Shown: positions 13,164-25,278 of the stretch, piece by piece
How the letters are laid out: the number at the start of each line of letters is the position of its first letter
Numbering within the stretch: position 1 is the first letter of the stretch
DNA from: Octopus vulgaris
Lineage: Eukaryota
DNA: 64,000 nucleotides
Direction of reading: 5' to 3'
Assembly: GCA_951406725.2 (NCBI GenBank)
Contig: OX597821.1
Location: 37,696,001 to 37,760,000, forward strand
Made by a program: the position numbers and the translations under genes
The notes under the pieces: model-generated
The model's input: the letters and a program-made list of their open reading frames with translations, nothing else
Databases searched by the model: none
Told to the model about the DNA's origin: nothing

Positions 13164-15519
13164 TGTTGACCAGCATTTACTTGTTCTGACCCATTTGAGG
13201 TAAGACATTATTATTGTTCACTGATATTTTTTCCTATCTTGTCTGTAATAGATTTGTGACTATTCGGTGGTACAGAAGTATTTTTTGACTTCTGTCATTA
13301 ACAATATAGGTACTCATGTAGTACCCTTGTGTATATATATGTACATATCTAATATTGTATGTATATATTTTATTAATTTGCCTGTACGGCTGATAATTCA
13401 CTTACCACTTGTGATGGTATTTTAATAATACCATCCCTATATATATATACTTGCCACTATGAAAATGAATACACAAAATATTTACTGAAAATGTACACTT
13501 TCTCTGACTTAGAGAAAAATATTTTACAAAGGAATGTTCAGTTGAAGCCGTATCATTCGACTAAGTGTTGCTTTTAGTTTTCATATTAATACAATTGTAC
13601 GTTGTTAGCTACCTTTTGTGTCACTTTAAGGGAAGTAACTCAAAAGTGAAAGCCAGAGAAAAATGGAGGGAAATCAGACGTTAATGGTAAATGCTGGTGG
13701 TGGCAGTGGTGATGTTTATTTGTTATAATGACGTTTTTTATTTGTTGTTGGTTGTCACGGTAGCATTGATGGCGGTGGCAACATTTGCTTCCACTATGGT
13801 ACTACATACGTTCAGTCATACGGTATTTTTTAAAATCATAAAAATGTTCACCGCCAGCTTCTTACTACAGACAAAAATCCACTGATGAATACCCTTCCAA
13901 CATCATCACCACATCATACTGTTACAGTTCTCAGTGTGTATGTGTATGTGTGTTTGTGTGTGTGTGATATCTGTATCGATCAATGACGTTTCATTTTATT
14001 TTGTTTCTCCTACCTTTCACTAAACTAATCCCTGTCACTGTCTCCTCTTCCATATTCACCCCCCCCCCCATCTCTTTCTATCTTGCCTTTCATTCGCCGT
14101 CGTCTCCATCACAACAACAAGGAGCTACAATTCTCGATTTTTACTGACAGAACCCACGAATTTCTTCGGGTTTTGCTAGTTTCCAGTAAGCACACCGCAC
14201 ACACACATACAGACACACACACATCAATTAAATACATGACCTTGATTGCAACCAAAAAAGATAAAGTTATCAGCTCAGATTATTAGCCTCATGCCTTAAG
14301 ATCCGACTGAGTTGATTGATATTATCTAATAGGCTAGTGCAGTGAGTTCGAATCCCATCGGAGTCGACGTTGCTTTCATCTCTCCCAACTTCAAATGTGT
14401 ACTGAGTTGATTTCTCTTTACAAAACTCTTTTGTGTCTAGAGACATATTATTAGTTATTATTATTATTGATTATCGTTAATGTTGAGCTGGTTAAGAGGG
14501 AGAAACAGGAAAGCACATGACTATATACCTCTAGTTCTGATTTCAAAACCTATGGGAATCAACTTTGTCTTTCATCTCTCTGATCAATAAATCAAGCATG
14601 TACTGGGTCGATTTAATCAACTACACAACACCACTGTTACAAATTTGAACAAGGAGAGGAAATGGTTATTATTTATAGTTTTTTATGCAACTGAGAAAAG
14701 GCTTGGCACTCTCTAATCTAATTTTCCACATTTAAACAATGTGGATGGAAGGAAGAAATCAATATGATTAATATTAGGACAATACTACATGCAGCGGCAG
14801 CAGCAGCAGTTGTTGTTGTTGTAGTAGAGAAGAAATAGCAGAGGACTTCACTAAATGCCTTACACTAGTTAGTGACAACCCTTTAAGTGCTGCACTAGAA
14901 ATACACTGGTTTCGACTGTTTGTAGGGTTGGTAAAATAACGACCAGTAATCTATATTCTCTAAATCTGATTATGATCATTAATATGTTACTTATTTAGCT
15001 CATTTGCAAGAAACACACCTGAAGTTTTGCCAGTGGCCCGTCGCAATATCCATAGTGTACAAAACTAGAGTTATGTTAATCTTCAACCAAGAAATGGAGT
15101 AAGCTGTCCAGAACCAAAATTTACGAAAGTTCTAACCATTTCGCTAATAACATTAAGAATTAAGACACAATTCACCTCCTTTTCATTTCTCCCCAATACA
15201 TCGATCTTTTGCGCTTAGCCAATGGGAACAATTAATCATGCGAGAAAACCTTGCTTTTAACAAGTAAATGATGCAATACTCAAATGGCCTCAATCAATTT
15301 CAGATAAACATATTAATGTAATTAAGGCAGGGAGGAGAAGGATCAGTTAGAAAAATTCCTTTAGTTATTCCAAGATCAAACTGCATCAAAATAAAGTATT
15401 CATGTATAGAAGTTACAGAAACTAAGAAATCCTGAAGTGTTGCTAGTCAATTATAAGTATGTAAACTTCTACACTCACAGGATCATTCCCCATCATATAC
15501 ACTTCCGCAAACCTACTGA

Positions 15520-15891
15520 TAGACAATGTAGTGTATTGAGATCACCAAGAAAAGAAATATCTTCTAATCGATGTATCAATCCCAACAGATAACAATGTGT
15601 CTGTAAAAGAAACGGAGACACTCTCAAAATACAAATATCTGGAAAGAGATCCTAAAAACAGAAGCGATTCCTATAATAATAGGTACGATTAAAAGAACAA
15701 AACATTCAGACAAATACATAGCCAAGACACCAAGGCTTACGAATACATATAACATCCAAAAACTAGCACAACTAAGCACCGCACACATTTTGAGTACCAC
15801 AACAGACCACAGAACACACTCAAGGTACATAGAGCTGTGCTCGGTTATACAGTAAAAGTACGTGATAAAAATAGGGCTACTGAATAATAAT
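15520..15891 (+). pseudogene. 3' fragment of a restriction-like-endonuclease non-LTR retrotransposon (R4/Dong-like)
   Basis: Frameshifted translation DHQEKKYLLIDVSIPTDNNVSVKETETLSKYKYLE / KTEAIPIIIG / NIQKLAQLSTAHIL fits the RLE D...K..KY..L...P...G pattern; ends in (TAA)n. Confidence 0.8.
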
Positions 15892-15892
15892 A

Positions 15893-16397
15893 CTTTCTAC
15901 TATAGGCATAAATTCTGAAATTGTTTTTTGGAGGGGAGGGAATAAGTCAATTATATCGACCCTAGTACTTAATTTATCAACCCCAAAGAATGGAAGGCAA
16001 AGTCGACCTCGGCGGAATTTGAACTCAGAACGTAGTGACAGGCCAAATACCGCTAAGCATTCCGGCCAGCGTGTTAACTATTCTTATTTCTTTACTGTCC
16101 ACAAGGGGCTAAACGCAGAGGGGACAAACAAGGGCAGACAAACGGATTAAATCGATTACATCGACCCCAGTGCACAACTTTACCTTTCATCCTTTCGGGG
16201 TCGATTAAATAAATACCAGTTACGCACTGGGGTCGATATAATCGACTTAATCCGTTTGTCTGTCTTTGTTTGTCCCCTCTGTGTTTAGCCCCTTGTGGGT
16301 AGTAAAGAAATAAGTATTTCGTCTGTCGTTACGTTCTGAGTTCAAATTCCGCCGAGGTCGACTTTGCCTTTCATCCTTTCGGGGTCGATAAATTAAG
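15893..16397. mobile_element. Cluster of SINE family B pieces in both orientations
   Basis: Minus pieces at 15893-16175 and plus pieces at 16180-16397, all matching 20339-20569. Confidence 0.88.
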
Positions 16398-16694
16398 CAC
16401 TTCTTACCACACAACCAAGTCTCATTCACTCACCCTTAATAGAAATAAATAGGTGTGTATTAATAGATGTATCTTTCTATACACATTCACACCCATAGTA
16501 TCTAATTTTTCGTCGCTTACCGGTTATAGTTTTTAAGCAGCGGCGATGCTGGGACACTGAATCACATACATATATAATTTATGTATACCCCTCCCACGTA
16601 CTTGTGAGTACAGAGCTGATAAAACCTATGAGTATTTTATCAGCTCTGTAATCACAAACAGACATTGTATATATATATATATATATATATAAGA

Positions 16695-16819
16695 CCCTAG
16701 GACTTATTCTATCGGTCTCTTTTGCCGAACCGCTAGGTTACGGGGACGTAAACACACCAGCATTGGTTGTGAAGCGATGTTGGGGGGGGGGGGCAAACAC
16801 AGATACACAACATACACGT

Positions 16820-16856
<37 letters not shown>

Positions 16857-17016
16857 GACGGGCTTCTTTCAGTTTCCATCTATCAAATCCACTCGCAAGG
16901 CTTTGATCGACCCGAGGCTATAGTAGAAGACACTTGCGCAAGGTGCTACGCAGTGGGACTGAACCCGGAACCATGTGTTTGGTAAGCAAGCTACTTACCA
17001 CACAGCCACCCCTACG

Positions 17017-17018
<2 letters not shown>
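16695..17018 (-). mobile_element. SINE family A, 3'-truncated
   Basis: Matches the reverse complement of the head and body of the 49362 copy. Confidence 0.9.
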
Positions 17019-17052
<34 letters not shown>

Positions 17053-18379
17053 GTATACACTGTCATCTACACTCCTTCTTCCTCTACTTCCCTAGCAATA
17101 CAAAAACACATTGTATGTATTTTTTCTACTTTGTTTACGTTAGCGTTAAGAACAGCTTAACATTTGGGCCTCTTCCTTTCTATTTTTCTTATATAAAATA
17201 TGGGATTGGGGCGAACTAGTCGATATGTTTATGTATGATTCAACGTTTTCTTAATATGGGCATATGTCAGTCAGCATCATCCCACTAGCTTCTTTACTGC
17301 CAGCAACACCCTCTTCCTCGTACAGGCTCATCTTCCCACCATCACCACTTCCCCCCTCTTTTTTTCTCGGTTTACTTCATCCTACCAAGAGACTTCTTGA
17401 TGCTTTATCTTTATTAGAAGACAAACATTACCCTGTGTCTGCTCTGTTGCATCTAACGTCAATTCTTCATGTGCCTTCACACACACACACACACAGCTGG
17501 ATGTTCTGAGTCACACTATAATACCTTTGGAGAATTTACTACCACAATTCCACTTTCACGCTCTCTGCCGTTACCAAGATATAGAATCCAAATTTTGCTT
17601 TGATGATATTTGTTTCCTATTCTCTAGAAAGTTTCAGCGATAACGATAACTATTTTCAACGAATAAAATTTATCTGCTGAAATTCTGATTTGTAAAATTT
17701 CTTTTATGATATTATATGCAAGGTGTGCATCGTGAATTATGTTTCTCTCGAAATTTCCACTTCAACCGCCGGGATGCAGATTAACAAAAAACAATATATT
17801 TGTTAGTTGACTAAGTCATATACACACGTACATACATACACATTCACAAGAAATCTTGAAATAAACCTGAAAAATGACATACATGTATGCCTATGTGTGT
17901 GTGTATGTATATATGTTTGTGTGTGTGTATATATATGTTCACCCATGTGTTTAATATATCATGTACATAAAAATGTATGTTTTTTCCAGTACTGTTGGTC
18001 TATATTTGACTTACATGCGCCCCTACGCGCACGAATATATGGATGTATGTGTGATGTGTGTGTATATATATATGTACATACATACCTGCTTGAGCCGTGT
18101 AAGAGACCATAAGTCAGTGAGAAGATGCACTCGTATAACTGTTAGTAGACCTGTTTGGCCAAATGTCACCCGACAGTAAATCAAAATTCCATAAATACTT
18201 CGATTTTATTTATTCATTCTAGTTATTTATTAATTATTATAACGTGAATATTTAATATTTAGTAGACATGCCCTTTGCATTTTTCAATGCAAAGTCCCTA
18301 TAAAGCATGGTACTTATCAGATGACGAATATTCTCTTGAGGACTTAATTGCCAAGTTTCATGCAGAAATCTCAATGAGA

Positions 18380-18928
18380 ATGCTTTCTTGTTCTTTTTAT
18401 GAAGGATCCTGTTCGTTAGGCCTCAGAGGTGTTCAATAGGATTCGACCATTGCTCAGAATTGCTCCCCAGATCATCACAGAACAACTACCATATTTCATT
18501 GTTGGAAGTAATCTTTTCACATCAAATTCTTGTTCACAGTCTTCAGATCTACACTCGATCACTGTCAGAAAATACAGCAAATCTGGACTCATCAGAGAAT
18601 ATGACAATGCTCCAAAACGCTAGTGATCTCTCCACCGCTTGATGTTGGCTGGTCGAAGAAGTGGCTTTCTTCTTGCTGCTGTGCCATAGTAGCCGAGTTT
18701 GTGGAGATATCTGGCAGCCAACGAGGATTATCCTCGACACTTCTCTTAACAAAGCGGAGGGTTTGACTCCTTCCCCTCGCAGGTAAATTGCACAATCACT
18801 TTATTAATTGTAGAAAGCGGGATTCCAAGGTATGCAATTTTACGGTGACTATGCCCACCTTCAGAATGATCCACAGTACGACCTTTCTGAAATTCGGTCA
18901 GTTCCAAGGCTTCGTTTGTACGTGGCAT
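18380..18928 (-). pseudogene. Decayed Tc1-family transposase
   Basis: N-terminal HTH ([11 protein letters not shown]...[19 protein letters not shown]), first catalytic motif VIFSDESRF, and PTMKYGSCSVMIWGAI, spread across frames; later DDE residues not seen. Confidence 0.9.
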
Positions 18929-19050
18929 GATTAAACAGTCAGATAAAGAACCTGAAACATAAAAATGTCAATTAATAAACGATATAAACCTTTTCTAGTT
19001 AAAATAGACAAAAAACGTTTTGTGCGGTGTCTATTTACTTCTGTCGTGTC

Positions 19051-19114
<64 letters not shown>

Positions 19115-19143
19115 CAATAATATGTTACGTTACTCGATAGTCA

Positions 19144-19203
19144 AGATAAAACTCTGAGTTTCAGATGCCGAAGTGGGAATCCACGACATCTCTTCGGTTA
19201 TCT
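19144..19203 (-). ncRNA. Variant type I hammerhead motif (CCGAAGA core)
   Basis: agataa CCGAAGA gatgtcg...cggcatc t GAAA ctcaga GTT ttatct; 6-bp stem I, stem III ACTC-A-GAGT. Confidence 0.55.
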
Positions 19204-19255
19204 GGCTATTTGAAAACGGTATGAAAAAATACCGTCATAGCGTTTTCAAATAGCC

Positions 19256-19315
19256 AGATAACCGAAGAGATGTCGTGGATTCCCACTTCGGCATCTGAAA
19301 CTGAGAGTTTTATCT
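19256..19315 (+). ncRNA. Variant type I hammerhead motif (CCGAAGA core), mirror copy
   Basis: agataa CCGAAGA gatgtcg...cggcatc t GAAA ctgaga GTT ttatct. Confidence 0.55.
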
Positions 19316-20338
19316 TGACTATCGAGTAATGTAACATATTATTGTATAGATAAATTTCCTCTATTTACATAATATTGAGGTCTCTTTCTTTCTTTTGTTA
19401 TCTTACCGTTTTACCAATATATATATATATATTCAAGTATCTGCTCTTTATGATAGTATTTGATAGTACAAATACGAAAATCTAGTTGGATTTGTGAAAA
19501 TTCTATGTTTTATAGATGTTTTCATTTTTAGTTTGATTTTTAAAATAGTTTATTCTGTTAAAATTTTCGATTATATCTTCTAATTGAGTAGTAAGTTGTT
19601 GAAAGTGGAACCCTGCAACTGTCTTCGTTATGTTAAGTCTTTTGTATTACGTCTTCAGGCTTGTTCTTTAGTTAAACTTGCCAAAAATATAACACTCTAA
19701 CATATCAGTAAATTATAAGACATGTATATTGTGAATAGATTTATCCTTAGCAAACATTTCTAAAAGTGTTTACTTGAAGCCTAAATTTCTGGACTATTTT
19801 CATTTTTATAAATCTTGATTAGTTTTCTTTTCCCTTTCAACAGGAAACATATTTCTCTAAATTTCAATTGAGCTATAATATAAAACATATCATTTAGAGG
19901 AGCATTGTTCAGGAGAGAGCGATGGAATTCAGTCTTATTGGCTGAATTTATTGAAACGAAAAATGTTTGATTATGTTAGCAACTGTTGCACTCTGTTTTC
20001 TTGCATGTAACATCGTATTGGTCTCTTTTTCGGTTCTTTTGACTTGTATTAGGCTGATCTGATTCCATCAAGCTAGATTGGATAAAGTAGCGGATCAATC
20101 TAACATATTGCACCTAACAACTACTAATCTCGCGAAACCTCTTCAGTTTTACTGTTGCGATTTGCATTTTCTAATAAACTGCTTATTTTGAGTTTCTCTT
20201 CAATCATACACGTTATAACAAAAACACAATCGGGACTTTGTAAACGTGGATGATTGTGCTCTTTTGTACTGCTCTTATATAACATGTGTATGAAGTTGAA
20301 ATAGGCCCAACCCAAACGAACTACTCGATAAGCTTAAA

Positions 20339-20569
20339 GGCGGCGAGCTGGCAGAAACGTTAGCACGCCGGGCGAAATGCGTAGCCGTATTTCGTTAGCC
20401 GTTACGTTCTGAGTTCAAATTCCGCCGAGGTCGACTTTGCCTTCCATCCTTCGGGGTCGATAAATTAAGTATCAGTTACGCACTACGGTCGATGTAATCG
20501 ACTTAATCCGTTTGTCTGTCCGTGTTTGTCCCCTCTGTGTTTTCAGCCCCTTGTGGGTAGTAAAGAAAT
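20339..20569 (+). mobile_element. Full-length SINE family B with 17-bp TSD
   Basis: Flanked by AACTACTCGATAAGCTT at 20319-20335 and 20570-20586; B box GAGTTCAAATTCC. Confidence 0.95.
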
Positions 20570-20632
20570 AACTACTCGATAAGCTTGAATTCAGTAATCA
20601 ATAACATCAAATTCAGACATTTTACACACACA

Positions 20633-20698
<66 letters not shown>

Positions 20699-20884
20699 TA
20701 AACATAAATATATAGCATAATGTTTATATGTTCGTGCGTACGTGTTTGTTTATTTTCAAGACTTCATTTTTTTTATATTTACATGTAAAAATCCCTACAT
20801 TATTATCGCTATGCGTTTCACGGTAACTACATATGTGAGTTGCTATGCACACACAAACACACACACAAACACACACGCACACGC

Positions 20885-20939
<55 letters not shown>

Positions 20940-22307
20940 CGCACACAGCAAATTTACGCTACGATTTATAAATTGAATTAAAAACGTGTGCTTCTGGATT
21001 GGAATGGAATCCAGTCGATATGGAAATCTGTGGAAATCTAATTGATGGATGTTTGATAATGATGTCAAGTTAGTGTCTCTCATGCAGTTACTGATCGATA
21101 ATGTTTGCTAATAGAAATCTAATCTGCAAAGCCCTACAGTAATGCTAACCTGTATAATTCTCAATATCCAGTAGAACTGGAAAAATAACTTTGAAGCCAG
21201 TTTATACAGGACTCGAGGAAAAAAAAACCTACTTAATTTGTGTTTTTTTTTGTATATTTTGTCTCAACTAATAATATAATCAACACAAATAATAAAAGAA
21301 TATCAATATTGGACTATGCAAAAGCCTTTTTCAATGAAACAAATTAGCTATTGACCTAAGCTAAGCAATTTTTTATTGATTATTTCTCGCTACCAAATAG
21401 CTTTGTTTGCCTATATGTCTCTCCAAATAATATATATTTGTGCTGCTGTTAGCCTGATTTAATCATTCCGGCAAACATTTCTTGAGGAAATAGAATATTA
21501 ATATTATGATTAAATTAAGAAATTATGAAAGGCAATATAATATAAGCTTAAACTAACATATAAGCACTTGTGTATCGCCATACCTGATCAATGGACTTTT
21601 ACCATCGTAAGAGACCCCACGATTTTAGAATTTACAACTGTTATTCAATAAAAGAAAATTTTTCTCTTCGGTTGCTTAAATCTATTATAACAAATTCTCA
21701 ACTTGTCCCCGAGAATTCGCGATATCTTTGCTAAAGTAACTTCTTTATCTTTCCCATAGAGAACGAATAGCTGGGATTGATCTTTGTTTCTGGAAATGTC
21801 TCAGAATTTTTTCTATTTTAGATTTTATTTCGGCGGCAAAATTTAGAATAAAATGTTCCCAAAATAGATTGAGTTAGTCTGGGATCTTGGTCGCAAAGCT
21901 TGTATTATTGTTAGCTAATTCCATGTACCTTTCAGTGCAGAAGGCTTTTTAAAAGGCTATTGGCACAACTAATTTGCATACAGATTAAATCTTTCATCTT
22001 GTGCTATTATCTTTCAGAAAGGATTTAAAAAAATACAAAAATAGGATAAATTAGATTAGAATTAGAGCTTCCTTCTAGAGATCTCTGAGTCCCGAATTCT
22101 CTGTAAATGTCAATAAAATAGCAATTGGTAATTAGTAAGATTGCAATTTATTTCTTGAGAATAATACCTGGCCATATCATTTAGAAGGTTATTTTCCATT
22201 GCGAAATTATCTTAAAGTGGTGGGGGTTAACAAACAACTTTTTCGCTGTTTACAGATCTTTCAGTAAGACATTTTCTCAGCGACTAATTCAATAATTTGA
22301 AATAAAA

Positions 22308-22679
22308 TCTCTCTATATACAAAGCTGAAGTTGTCTGTGTATGGCATGTTTGGTAGCCTTCAACTAACACTACCTCCTCCGAGACCCTGCGGCGCAAGTT
22401 GACCAAAATTGAGAGTATGATAGAAGAAGGCTTGCTCTTCATTCTGTAGAAAAAAAAACTTCAAATCGGACCATGTTAACACCATGCTTTTGTTCTATGA
22501 AGATCCCTATTTTTTTACGATTTTTTGACTGCTGTGTCGCCATTTTTCGGTGTATTTCAACCAGAAAAATGTTCACTTTAAGAGAATAACAAACTACATA
22601 ATGCAGAATTTTTACTTTTCAAAAATTCCAATTCTAAAGGGTCGAAACAAACCTAAGCAACGCCGTGCGATACTGCTAG
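22308..22679 (+). mobile_element. Non-autonomous Helitron
   Basis: A|TCTCTCTATATAC start; ends AGCAACGCCGTGCGATACTGCTAG|T, the same terminus as 56092-56597. Confidence 0.82.
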
Positions 22680-23133
22680 TAACACAATATAGACAAATCT
22701 TCGTTGAAAAGAATTGATTAACAAAAAAATATTCTTTATAATGAACAGACTGAATCTATATTTAGTCGCCAGATTAGTGCTACGATGGATTTTTCCATGA
22801 ATGTAAGAGTTAAAATAGTTTTTAGAAGTAAATCAATTAGTTAAATATTTGGATTTATCAAAGAATGGTTCTCATTTAACACAGATGATTCAGTGTCAAA
22901 ATGGTTTGGCAGCAAAATTAGCAAAATAATTAAAAGAAATGCTAACGTCAGTACTACACACCTTAGAGCAGTGCACATGTAAAATGTCCACTGATCTGGC
23001 CGCTGATGGGACGAATTTTCCTTTTCCTCTAACATTCTTTGGGTTTTTAACACATCACGTCTATGCGAGATGTTCTCTCAGAGCAAATACCATATAACTG
23101 GCCTATCTACAATGTGTATATATTATGATCCAT

Positions 23134-23182
<49 letters not shown>

Positions 23183-24678
23183 CATGTATAGGATGTGAGT
23201 TTATATATAGTGTACGTATGCATATACGCATATAGTACGTATTTATACACAGGTAGTATTTACACACACGCGCGCGCACACATACACACACATGAATAGA
23301 TAGAAAGATACACAACTTTAAGCCAGCGTATGCCATGTTAAAAATAAAAGCCAAAGGATTGAAGTAGGGTACATATATAGCATGTAGAGAGCCTCTTTCC
23401 AGCTGTCTCTCGTAAAAGCGAAAGATTTATCTTAAAATCTGATTTGTTATTTGCATTCATTTATGTATTTTAGGCATGCAGTGCTTGTCTTTCATTCATG
23501 CAGGAAACGCCAGGTGTGTGCGTGTGTATGTATGCATGCATGTATGTATGTATGTATGTATGTATGTATGTATGTATGTATGTATCATACACTTTCACTC
23601 ATACATTTGTGTGTCAGCTTTAGGTCTCTGTTTATGTATGCCTGCTTTATTTTTAAATTTCATTTTTGTAAATGTCAGTGTAAACTCAACTTATGAAAAC
23701 CGCAGCTGCAATTCCTCCAGTATTTTTCAGTTGAAGCTCAAAGCAAAACAGAACGTACAGCAAATGGCTCCATAATGAAAGGCTATCTAAAGTGCTAAGT
23801 TAACATTTCAGACGGGATGTATTTCCATCTTCATACATTTCACTCCCAGAGCAGATGTTGTTGACATATCTTGCATCAGCCTTGATATTCCAGATGTGTT
23901 AACATAAGCTACGAAGAGGCAAGGGGAATGTGATACATTTTCGGTACAATTGAGGTTTTAAAAACTTAATTTCTTTTACTTTATGATTTAATGTGCTCAT
24001 AGATTCCACCGAAAGAAAATAATGCATTCAAAGCTTTTAAAAAAGTGTACTAGTTTTTAGAATGTAATCGTCTCGGATTAAAATATCTTACTAGATAATT
24101 AAATTGTTGTTTATAATATCAATTTTATAACTAAAATTCCATTAGTGTCTCACAAACCTGTGTAAAATGAAGAGTTACTTCAGTGTAATTCCATTAGCTT
24201 TACATCAAAGTTCTGCTCTAATGAAATAAATTTTTCGTATGACTTAACATTGAGCTTGGAATGTATTATAATAAATATGTTGTATTAAATGAAAGAGTAT
24301 ACGAAAAGAAATATGGATATTTGTGGACACACTTAATTCAATAGAAACATTTCTTGAGCAGATTTCACTTTAGAAAGATATGTGATTTCAATATTTTCTT
24401 TGGTCTCATGTTTATGTCTGTTTATACGTCTGGAATATCAAAATTTACACTAGATGTCATGAACAACTGTCATAGTAGGGAATTATATAAGCCTAAGGTG
24501 AATGTACAACAAAGCTAACAACTCAGAGACCTCATCTGCATGAAAAACAATAGTTTAGTGTTAAGCTAGGAATACTAAAACGTTAACTCAATATAACATG
24601 GTTTTCATTTCTTTGGAAATTAAGAACGACAACTCTGGATACGATTTGGTACTATTATTCAGTAATATAGTAATAATG

Positions 24679-24910
24679 GGGAGGCACATGGCTTAGTGAT
24701 TAGAGGCTGGACTCATGATCGTAAGATTGTTGTTTCGATTCTTGGACCGGGGGATACGTTGTGTTCTTGAGCAAGACACTTCATTTCACATTGCTCCAGA
24801 CCACTTCACTGGTAAAAGTGAGTAATCCCCCTAAAGATTGGCATCCCGTCTTGGCAGGAATATATATACGCCAGAATAAAGCAAAAAGAAGCAACGGGAG
24901 ACGGTCCTAT
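24679..24910 (+). mobile_element. SINE family C, diverged
   Basis: TGGCTTAGTGATTAG...GTTTCGATTC...TGTTCTTGAGCAAGACACTTCATTTCAC. Confidence 0.75.
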
Positions 24911-25196
24911 GCCCCTTACACTGTAATGTGAACTAAACAATTTGGTAATAATAATAATGATTTGAAATTTTTGTACAAAACAGGCAATATTGGGGGAGGG
25001 GTAAGTCGACTACATCGACCCTAGTGTTTATCTGGTACTTGTTTTATCGACCTTGGCGTCACTAATTTCCACCTGGTGCTTATTTTATAAGAATATATTT
25101 ACAGAAACGTTCTTGAACATAAAGTGACATCAATTTAAACATCAGTTTCTGGACCTATGTGAACATCAACTTAGGAAGGAGTACTCACTGACAAAC

Positions 25197-25278
<82 letters not shown>

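Larger units (their letters stand above)
19111..19348. repeat. Long inverted repeat (~108-bp arms, 22-nt spacer) between (TA)n tracts
   Basis: 19111-19218 is the reverse complement of 19241-19348, with 2 mismatches found by eye. Confidence 0.95.

Noticed and set aside
13880-13900. Isolated CTGATGA/CTGAAGA heptamers here and near 38105, 45360, 46873 and 60965
   Set aside because: No correctly placed stem II, GAAA and UH-stem I.
14843-14862. Resemblance to miR-124 (minus strand TAAGGCATTTAGTGAAGTCC)
   Set aside because: Several mismatches to the conserved mature sequence, and the seed falls in the loop of the local hairpin, so it is not a pre-miRNA. It could only be a target site if the region were a 3' UTR, for which there is no evidence.
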